Origin: an uncultured Gammaproteobacteria bacterium | GTDB taxonomy: Bacteria > Patescibacteriota > Microgenomatia > Daviesbacterales > UBA10151 | Direction of reading: 5' to 3' | Assembly (NCBI GenBank): GCA_964360965.1 | Contig: CAYHYM010000005.1 | Span: forward strand, 17,468 to 49,467 | Length of the DNA: 32,000 nt | Part shown: positions 1 to 6,943 of the stretch, piece by piece | How positions within the stretch are numbered: the first letter of the stretch is position 1 | How the letters are laid out: each line of letters begins with the position of its first letter | Program-made: the position numbers and the translations under genes | Notes under the pieces: model-generated | Database searches by the model: none | What the model saw: the letters and a program-made list of their open reading frames with translations, nothing else | Told to the model about the DNA's origin: nothing

Positions 1-972
1 ACCTCGGTGTTTGATGGGGAAAATAAAATGCTGCGGCAGATGTTTGGCTCCAAGAAAATTATTACCTCTTTTTTACAGAAAATCCCCTGCTGGAGGAGTT
101 TATACAAAATATTACTCCCCTTCTATCCTATTGCCTTTGAGCAATTTGATTTCTCAGAGTTTGATTTAGTGATTTCCCACACTACCCGTTTTTCCAAAAG
201 TATCATTACCAAACCCGAGACAGTACATGTCTGCTACTGCCATACTCCGCCCAGATTTTTATGGCATTTTTCCGGAGAGGGAAATTATGGTTTGGCAGAG
301 TTACTGATGAGCAAACTCCGCTTGTATGATCAGATTTCATCAAGGAGAGTTGATGCCTATATTGCCGGATCCGAAAACGCCAAAAGGAGAATCAAAAAAG
401 TTTATGGTGTGGATAGTAAGATAGTTTATCCCTGCATAGATCTTAAGAGATTTAAAGACGTAGATACTTTTAATGGAGGATATTTTTTGGTTATTTCCAG
501 GTTAAATAAATATAAAAAAGTAGATTTGGCAATTGAGGCATGTATTAAGTTGGGGATACCACTTAAGGTGATCGGAAGGGGACCCGAGCTTGAGAGACTT
601 CGGGGAATTCAGGGGGTTAGGGGAGAGATTGAATTTTTGGGTAACTTAGGTGATGAGATGGTAGTGCAAGTTTTGGCAGGATGTAAGGCTTTAATTATTC
701 CCGGAATTGAGGATTTTGGACTGACTGTTTTGGAAGCTCAGGCTTTGGGTAAACCTGTGATATCATTTAATCAGGGAGGAGTTTTGGAAACCGTGACAGA
801 TGGGATAACAGGTATTTTTTTTGACAGTCAGAGTTCAAAAAGTATAGTTTTGGCTATTAAAAAATTAGAAACTTTAAAAATTGCTCCTAATAAATGTAGG
901 GAAAATGTCAAGCTTTTTAGTAAAGAAAATTTCATTCACGAATTTAGGCAAACTGTTGCCGGTTTAATGTAA
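1..972 (+). CDS. Glycosyltransferase family 4 (GT-B fold, group-1 glycosyltransferase), 5'-truncated by the window edge
   Basis: Frame 1 is open from nt 1, so the GTG at 7 is only the first possible start in the ORF track. The C-terminal half has the GT4 layout: VIGRGPE...FLG...EDFGLTVLEAQALGKPVI...GGVLETV. Roughly 40-60 N-terminal residues seem to be missing compared with typical GT4 enzymes. Confidence 0.8.
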   Translation, partial: TSVFDGENKMLRQMFGSKKIITSFLQKIPCWRSLYKILLPFYPIAFEQFDFSEFDLVISHTTRFSKSIITKPETVHVCYCHTPPRFLWHFSGEGNYGLAELLMSKLRLYDQISSRRVDAYIAGSENAKRRIKKVYGVDSKIVYPCIDLKRFKDVDTFNGGYFLVISRLNKYKKVDLAIEACIKLGIPLKVIGRGPELERLRGIQGVRGEIEFLGNLGDEMVVQVLAGCKALIIPGIEDFGLTVLEAQALGKPVISFNQGGVLETVTDGITGIFFDSQSSKSIVLAIKKLETLKIAPNKCRENVKLFSKENFIHEFRQTVAGLM

Positions 973-994
973 ACTATATAGAGTCTGATAAATT

Positions 995-1624
995 ATGGTC
1001 TACAATTTTACAAAAAGGATATTGGATGTTTTAGGTTCTTTTTTGGGGATAATTTTATTATCCCCCATTTTTTTGATTGTGGCCCTGGCAATAAAAATTG
1101 ACTCTGCGGGGCCAGTTTTGGCCAATACTCCCAAAAGAGAGGGAAAAGACGGTAAACTTTTCACCATGTATAAATTCCGCTCGATGGTTGAAAATGCTCA
1201 AGAAATTCTACAAAAGAATAGAAAACTGATGGAAGAATACAAAAAACATAGTTATAAAATAGTTAACGATCCAAGAGTAACCAGTGTGGGAAAATTTATC
1301 AGAAGATTTTCTATTGATGAGTTGCCACAACTGATAAATATTTTAAAGGGAGATATGAGTATGGTGGGACCAAGGGCCTATTATCCTTTTGAACTGGAAG
1401 AACAGCAGATAAAATATCCCACCTCCAGAAAATTTGTTAAAATTATTTTGTCATCTAAACCTGGAGTAACAGGGGTATGGCAGGTTTCGGGGCGTTCTCA
1501 AATTAATTTTGATAAAAGGGTGGAGATGGATGCATGGTATGTTCAAAAAAAGTCAATTATTTATGATATCTGGATACTTTTAAAAACTATACCTGCAGTC
1601 ATATCAGGAAGGGGGGCAATATGA
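995..1624 (+). CDS. Small monotopic polyprenyl-phosphate sugar-phosphate transferase (bacterial sugar transferase family, PglC / WbaP C-terminal-domain type), the initiating enzyme of a lipid-linked glycan
   Basis: 209 aa. An N-terminal re-entrant helix (ILDVLGSFLGIILLSPIFLIVALAI) is followed by family motifs KFRSM and DPRVTSVGKFIRRFSIDELPQLINILKGDMSMVGPRA. Confidence 0.9.
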   Translation: MVYNFTKRILDVLGSFLGIILLSPIFLIVALAIKIDSAGPVLANTPKREGKDGKLFTMYKFRSMVENAQEILQKNRKLMEEYKKHSYKIVNDPRVTSVGKFIRRFSIDELPQLINILKGDMSMVGPRAYYPFELEEQQIKYPTSRKFVKIILSSKPGVTGVWQVSGRSQINFDKRVEMDAWYVQKKSIIYDIWILLKTIPAVISGRGAI

Positions 1625-3471
1625 TTTATCAAAGATTTTCCAGAAAAAACAAAAGAAAAGTTGGTTTGAGGTTTGGGGTAGCAGTTTTGATAACTGCGCT
1701 TTTGATTATCATACCCTTGTGGCAGGCCTACTTGGGATTTAAGGATGTTGGACAACATGCAAAGGCCCTAGCCTCGGCTTATCAAAATCAAAATTTTGGC
1801 CAAATTCAAGCTCAGGTTTCTAATATCAAAAAAGATTTATCTAAAACAGATTTATCTTTAAATTTCCTCTTTTATTTAAAATTTGTCCCCCTTTTAGGTG
1901 GTTTCTATGAGGATGCCAAAAAGTTATCTTCTGCTTCCGTTTCATCTTTAGAGGGTGTGGAAATGCTTTTATCTAAATTAAAGGCAAGTGAGGAAGAGTT
2001 AGGGTTTTTAGGACAGCCAAAAGTGGGCGAGCAGCGCATAACTCAGGCTCTTAAAATTTTGCAAAAATCAATCCCCTATCTTGATAGCATTGAGCCAAAT
2101 TTTAAAAGAGCAGCTTTTGAGGTTGAAGGGATTAACACTTCAAAATACCCTAAGCGTTTTAAAGATTTAGAGTTAAGAAAAACTATTGAGACAGCTAAAA
2201 ATTTTATAATAGGGACACACTTTGGCATATCTGAAGCAAAAGATGCTCTGGTAATATTACCCTCTACTTTGGGGAATGAATCTGTTAAAAATTATCTTTT
2301 GCTTTTTCAAAATGACAAGGAAATTCGTCCCACAGGCGGATTTATTACTGCTTTTGCATTTTTAAAAGTGGATCAGGGTAAAATTTCCGCTACCACCTCA
2401 GATGATATCTACAGACTTGATGAGCGGCTTTTGGCCACATGTGAAAGTAAAATTTGTCCTCTTACCCCTCCTGATCCTATTGTTAAGTATTTACCGGAGG
2501 TATCCGGGGTGGAAAGATCAGCCTGGAGCATGAGGGATTCAAATATCTCGCCTGATGTGCCTACATCTGCCAGGGAATTTGAGCGGATGTATCAACTTTT
2601 AGGATCCGGGCTTCCCTTTGATGGGATTATCTATATTGATTCACAGGTTGTGGAGGAGCTGATTGAGGGAACTGGCCCAATTGATGTATTTGGCAATCCA
2701 TATTCTTCCAAGATTGATCACAGGTGCAATTGCCCCAATGTCATTTTTGAGCTGGAGTCTTATGCTGAGATTGCAGCCAAGGGTACCCAGGACAGGAAAG
2801 CCATCCTGGGAGTTTTGATGCAGCAGATTCTTTCAAAGATGATAGGAGCAGATTCTGAGAAAATTCCTTTATTTTTAGAAACAGTGGTCAGGCTGGCCAA
2901 TCACAAACACATCTTACTTTTTATGCATGATCCAAAAGTACAAAATTCCCTATACAAATTAAATTGGACAGGCCAAATTAAAGATTTTGAGGGAGATTAT
3001 CTTCACATTAATGATGCCAACTTTGCCGGAGGCAAGTCTAATTTATATGTTGAGCAGACTGTTACTCAAGAAATAACCACTCAAAAGGACGGAATCAGAA
3101 AGAAAATCACCGTTGAATATAAAAATCCTCAGCCTTTTGGGGTTTGGTTAAATGGGATCAATCGGGATTATGTCAGAGTTTATGTACCCAAAGGGAGTAA
3201 ACTGATTTCTTCCAAAGGGTCTGATGATCAAGTAAATACCATAGAAGATTTGGGAAAAACAGTTTTTGAGGCATTTATTCAAGTTAGGCCGCAAAATTCC
3301 AGAAAATTAGAGATAGAATATATTGTTCCTTATCAGCCAAAAGATAAGTATAAATTGTTAATCCAAAAACAACCGGGGGCAAAAGATTTTCAGTATAAAA
3401 TCAAAATAAATGGTAGACAGAAGGCTGATTTTAAACTGGATACAGATAGAGAATTTAAATTTGACTTGTAA
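1621..3471 (+). CDS. DUF4012-domain membrane-anchored protein (unknown function, typically found next to surface polysaccharide genes)
   Basis: 616 aa with an ATGA start/stop overlap with the sugar transferase. It has one N-terminal TM helix. The block NYLLLFQNDKEIRPTGGFITAFAFLKVDQGKI matches my memory of the DUF4012 core (E-x-R-x-T-G-G). The family assignment is from memory only. Confidence 0.6.
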   Translation: MIYQRFSRKNKRKVGLRFGVAVLITALLIIIPLWQAYLGFKDVGQHAKALASAYQNQNFGQIQAQVSNIKKDLSKTDLSLNFLFYLKFVPLLGGFYEDAKKLSSASVSSLEGVEMLLSKLKASEEELGFLGQPKVGEQRITQALKILQKSIPYLDSIEPNFKRAAFEVEGINTSKYPKRFKDLELRKTIETAKNFIIGTHFGISEAKDALVILPSTLGNESVKNYLLLFQNDKEIRPTGGFITAFAFLKVDQGKISATTSDDIYRLDERLLATCESKICPLTPPDPIVKYLPEVSGVERSAWSMRDSNISPDVPTSAREFERMYQLLGSGLPFDGIIYIDSQVVEELIEGTGPIDVFGNPYSSKIDHRCNCPNVIFELESYAEIAAKGTQDRKAILGVLMQQILSKMIGADSEKIPLFLETVVRLANHKHILLFMHDPKVQNSLYKLNWTGQIKDFEGDYLHINDANFAGGKSNLYVEQTVTQEITTQKDGIRKKITVEYKNPQPFGVWLNGINRDYVRVYVPKGSKLISSKGSDDQVNTIEDLGKTVFEAFIQVRPQNSRKLEIEYIVPYQPKDKYKLLIQKQPGAKDFQYKIKINGRQKADFKLDTDREFKFDL

Positions 3472-3489
3472 TAGTAGATTTTCCTTATT

Positions 3490-4137
3490 ATGCATGGTTT
3501 TAAAACTGAAGGGATTATTTTAAAGAGGAGGAATTTGGCGGAAGCAGATAGAATCCTTACAGTTTTTTCACTTCAAAAGGGCAAGATTTCTGTTTTGGCA
3601 AAAGGAGTCAGGAGAATTACCTCAAGACGAGCAGGTAATGTAGAACTTTTAAACAGAAGCATTCTGTATTTATACCAGGGGAAGGGCATGCCGATTTTGA
3701 CTGAAGCAACCACTCTGGATACTTATTCTAAGCTGAAAGAGAATTTGACTTTATCTACTTATGCTTATCATATCTTAGAACTTGTTGATAAACTGACAGC
3801 TGAAAATCAGGAAAATAGAATCTTATATGGATATTTGATGGAGGTTTTACAAAGACTTGCGAAAAATGCCCGCCAGATTTTGGTAAGAGCCTTTGAGGTA
3901 AAAATCTTGACTAATTTGGGGTTTGCAAGTTTCACGGAAGGTGTAATCGTAAGACACCTTCGAGGTGTAATCGGGAGTCTGCTGAAACAGCTGGAAACTG
4001 CATCTTGGGGGGAGATTGAGAAGATAGAGGTAAACGAAAAAGAGGCTATGGAACTGGAGAAGATATTACGATATCATGTAGAAAGAGTGATTGAAGGATC
4101 ACTTAAAAGTAGAAAGTTTTTGAAATGGACAAGATAG
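3490..4137 (+). CDS. recO: DNA repair protein RecO
   Basis: The N-terminal OB-fold signature is MHGFKTEGIILKRRNLAEADRILTVFSLQKGKISVLAKGVRR. Length is about 215 aa. The recO-glyQS synteny is as in Firmicutes. No Cys4 zinc-finger motif is visible. Confidence 0.85.
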   Translation: MHGFKTEGIILKRRNLAEADRILTVFSLQKGKISVLAKGVRRITSRRAGNVELLNRSILYLYQGKGMPILTEATTLDTYSKLKENLTLSTYAYHILELVDKLTAENQENRILYGYLMEVLQRLAKNARQILVRAFEVKILTNLGFASFTEGVIVRHLRGVIGSLLKQLETASWGEIEKIEVNEKEAMELEKILRYHVERVIEGSLKSRKFLKWTR

Positions 4138-5438
4138 TAGCATTGTGTAAAAGACGGGGATTTATATATCCGGGTTCTGAAATCTATGGAGGTTTGGGTG
4201 GGACTTGGGACTATGGTCCACTGGGGGTGGAGTTGAAAAATAACATTAAAAAGATATGGTGGCATGATGTGGTACAAGTCCGTGAGGATATGGTGGGGAT
4301 TGATTCTGCCATCATGATGAATCCTAAAGTTTGGGAAGCCTCAGGTCACTTGGAGTCATTTGTTGATCCTTTAGTTGAGTGTAAAGAATGCCACGAAAGA
4401 TTTAGGGCAGATAAGGAAGCAGAGATTAAAGAACATGAGGAAACTCATCAGGGTGTTCGAGGAGTTCAGGGAAAGGTTGAATGGACAGAGGCCCAAAAGT
4501 TTAATCTTTTGGTAAAAGCTTATCTTGGAGTGATTGAAGGTAAGCAAACAGAAATTTATCTTAGAGGAGAAATTACTCAAGGTGTACATGTTAATTTTAA
4601 AAATGTGCTAGATTCAACCAGGATTAAAATTCCCTTTGGTATCGCCCAAATTGGCAAGGCTTTTAGAAATGAAATAACTCCGGGTAATTTTATCTTTAGA
4701 TCTAGAGAATTTGAACAGATGGAAGTTCAGTATTTTGTAAAGCCCAATGAAAAAGAAGGTAAGAGATGGTATGAGTACTGGAAAAACTTCTGGATGGACT
4801 GGTATGCTAAATTAGGGATTAGAAAAGAAAATTTGCACTTTAAAGATCATGAAGAAGGAGAGAGGGCGCATTATGCCAGAATGGCAACTGATATAGAATA
4901 CAAAGGTCCCTGGGGCTGGGCAGAATTTATGGGGATACATCACAGGGGTGATTGGGATTTAAGCCATCACCAGAAGTTTTCCGGACAAAATCTACAATAT
5001 GGAGATCAAGAAAGCGGTAAAGAATATTTGCCTTGGGATATTGAATCATCAGCAGGAGTAGACAGGTCAGCGTTATTCTTCTTATTGGATTCTTATAGAG
5101 AGGATGGAAAAAGAGTTTTTCTAAGCTTGGATCCAAGGTTAGCTCCCTTAAAAGTTGCTGTTTTTCCCTTACTTGCCAATAAGCCGGATTTGGTGAACTT
5201 AGCCAGAAAAATCTATCTTGACTTAAGGGAAAATTTTATGGTAGTTTGGGATGAGAGGGGTAATATTGGGGGCCGATATGCATCAGCGGATGAGATTGGC
5301 ACCCCTTTTTGTGTAACAGTAGACTTTGACAGTTTAAAAGATCAGACAGTGACAATTCGGGATAGAGACAGTACCAAACAGAAAAGAGTCAAAATTAATC
5401 AGTTGCTCGAAGTTTTAAATAATAAAATAAATGGATAA
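4125..5438 (+). CDS. glyQS: Glycine--tRNA ligase, homodimeric class II type
   Basis: The N-terminus MDKIVALCKRRGFIYPGSEIYGGLGGTWDYGPLGVELKNNIKKIWW is the classic GlyQS start. Class II motifs are present (FRNEITPGNFIFRSREFEQMEVQYF, SAGVDR), along with a C-terminal anticodon-binding domain. It overlaps recO by 13 nt. Confidence 0.95.
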   Translation: MDKIVALCKRRGFIYPGSEIYGGLGGTWDYGPLGVELKNNIKKIWWHDVVQVREDMVGIDSAIMMNPKVWEASGHLESFVDPLVECKECHERFRADKEAEIKEHEETHQGVRGVQGKVEWTEAQKFNLLVKAYLGVIEGKQTEIYLRGEITQGVHVNFKNVLDSTRIKIPFGIAQIGKAFRNEITPGNFIFRSREFEQMEVQYFVKPNEKEGKRWYEYWKNFWMDWYAKLGIRKENLHFKDHEEGERAHYARMATDIEYKGPWGWAEFMGIHHRGDWDLSHHQKFSGQNLQYGDQESGKEYLPWDIESSAGVDRSALFFLLDSYREDGKRVFLSLDPRLAPLKVAVFPLLANKPDLVNLARKIYLDLRENFMVVWDERGNIGGRYASADEIGTPFCVTVDFDSLKDQTVTIRDRDSTKQKRVKINQLLEVLNNKING

Positions 5439-5453
5439 AGAGATCCTAATTTT

Positions 5454-5479
5454 GTTACCCACAGCTTTGGTAGGGTAAC
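5454..5479 (+). other. Inverted repeat GTTACCC-N12-GGGTAAC between glyQS and the next gene
   Basis: The 7-bp stem pairs 5454-5460 with 5473-5479. No T-run follows. It ends 3 nt before the ATG at 5483, so it could be a weak terminator or could occlude the downstream translation start. Confidence 0.25.
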
Positions 5480-5482
5480 CAA

Positions 5483-6319
5483 ATGATAAATAAACTTAAA
5501 AATACTCTAAAAGTATATAAAACTACCGTTTTTCTTATAACACTTTTAATCCTGCTTATTTTAACAGGATTTTTGGTCTTTCAAAAATTTGTTCCGCAAA
5601 AACAAGAAGCTTTTTTAGAGGAGGTGGATTTATCTTTTGATTCTGAGGGGCCTTTTGCGCTTTTATTTCCCAGGCGTGATGGCAACGCATTGATTTTAAA
5701 CTTAAAGAGGACTTTTTCATATGGGAGGATCTCTTATGAGCTCGCATATAACGCCGAAGGAATAGACAGAGGAGTAATGGGGGAGATTGATACCAAAGAT
5801 AAAAAGGGGGAATATGAACAGGAAATTTTATTTGGCACCTGCTCAAAAAAGGTATGTAAATATGATCAAGGAGTTGAAAATGGTACTTTGATTTTGCATA
5901 TAAAAAGAGGTAAAGAGGCTTTGCGTATGATTACCCAGTGGCACTTGCAGCGGCCTGATGTGGCTTTGGGGCAACTTAGCTCTGGTGATGGACATTTTAT
6001 CTACAAAGTTGATGCGGATAGACAGGCTCTTTCCAATGTGGGATTTTCTATCATAAATGATTTAACAGGGGTGCAAAAATTACCTCAAGATAAAAAGATT
6101 GTGGGTAAAGTTTATGCTTTAAATACTCCTTTAACAAGGGGCATACCTGAAGGGGTTGTAGAAATTGAACTGGCTGAGAAACCCCCGTTGGATGCAAAAA
6201 TCGCCAGGTTTAATGAAAGTGAAAATAAATGGATAGAGTTTGAGACAAAAATGGATGGATCTAAATTATCAGGTAAAGCTGACGGTTCTGGAATATTTGC
6301 AGTTTTAGTTAGCAAGTAG
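5483..6319 (+). CDS. Hypothetical membrane-anchored protein (one N-terminal TM helix, rest predicted outside the cytoplasm)
   Basis: 278-aa ORF with a hydrophobic segment TTVFLITLLILLILTGFLVF. I recognise no family motif. Confidence 0.6.
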   Translation: MINKLKNTLKVYKTTVFLITLLILLILTGFLVFQKFVPQKQEAFLEEVDLSFDSEGPFALLFPRRDGNALILNLKRTFSYGRISYELAYNAEGIDRGVMGEIDTKDKKGEYEQEILFGTCSKKVCKYDQGVENGTLILHIKRGKEALRMITQWHLQRPDVALGQLSSGDGHFIYKVDADRQALSNVGFSIINDLTGVQKLPQDKKIVGKVYALNTPLTRGIPEGVVEIELAEKPPLDAKIARFNESENKWIEFETKMDGSKLSGKADGSGIFAVLVSK

Positions 6320-6393
6320 CTTGTCACGGCAAAAAGCACCGCTCTAGTCTCACTACTTTCATTTTAATTTGGGTATTGACAAACAGATTTATA

Positions 6394-6433
6394 AAGGTGG
6401 AGAATGGTTATGGATGGTGAATTAAGGTTAATC
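6394..6433 (+). promoter_or_regulatory. Four direct repeats with exact 10-bp phasing (AAGGTGGAGA / ATGGTTATGG / ATGGTGAATT / AAGGTTAATC), a candidate MraZ operator
   Basis: The invariant 6-mer A-W-G-G-T-K recurs at 6394, 6404, 6414 and 6424, about 100-140 nt upstream of mraZ and 13 nt downstream of a TTGACA hexamer (6376-6381). MraZ is known to bind phased direct repeats of short GTG-containing boxes in front of its own operon. Confidence 0.45.
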
Positions 6434-6515
6434 CACCTACGCTAAAGCTACGGTGGACAAGTATTCTGCCCAGAAAGATCCGCCTTCGGGTCGAAGTTTC
6501 GATCCTTCGGCGAGA
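6432..6515 (+). repeat. GC-rich, hairpin-prone segment in the mraZ leader
   Basis: TCCACC (6432-6437) is complementary to GGTGGA at both 6396-6401 and 6452-6457. GATCC(GC)CTTCGG occurs twice (6477-6489 and 6501-6510), each with a C-UUCG-G tetraloop-type core. It is visibly GC-richer than the surrounding intergenic DNA. Confidence 0.5.
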
Positions 6516-6532
6516 TAAAAGAGGATGTCCTC

Positions 6533-6943
6533 ATGTTTTTGGGCGAATACAAAGCTAAATTTAGCGGTCAGGGAAGATTAATTTTGCCAAAGAAGTTAAG
6601 AGAAGATATTTTAGGCAAGAGAATAATTTTAAGCCGCGGTTTTGAGGGATGCATTTGGGGTTTTGATGTTAGCGCTTTTGAAAAAGAGGCCGGCAAACAG
6701 CTTGAAATATCAGTTACAGAAGAACGGGCCAGATTTTTGAGGAGGTATCTGTTTTCATTAAGCGTTTCAGCGGAGTTGGATAAACAGGGGAGATTTATTA
6801 TTCCCCTCACCCTGCTGATTTATGCTAAGATAAGACAAGAGTTAGTGATTATTGGCGCCGGAGATCATTTTGAGATTTGGGATAATAAATTGTGGGAAAA
6901 GCATTTGAGGGAAATAGAAAGAGACTATGGAAGGGTATCATAA
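6533..6943 (+). CDS. mraZ: Transcriptional regulator MraZ
   Basis: MFLGEYKAKFSGQGRLILPKKLRE plus a second SpoVT/AbrB-like half (LDKQGRFIIPLTL). A GAGGA RBS sits 7 nt upstream. It is the first gene of the dcw cluster. Confidence 0.95.
   Translation: MFLGEYKAKFSGQGRLILPKKLREDILGKRIILSRGFEGCIWGFDVSAFEKEAGKQLEISVTEERARFLRRYLFSLSVSAELDKQGRFIIPLTLLIYAKIRQELVIIGAGDHFEIWDNKLWEKHLREIERDYGRVS

Noticed and set aside
6320-6532. A known ncRNA (SRP RNA, 6S, riboswitch, tRNA-like) in the 213-nt gap before mraZ
   Set aside because: I could not recognise any conserved core of these RNA families by eye. I interpret the gap as promoter, operator and structured leader. An Infernal/Rfam scan would be the decisive test.
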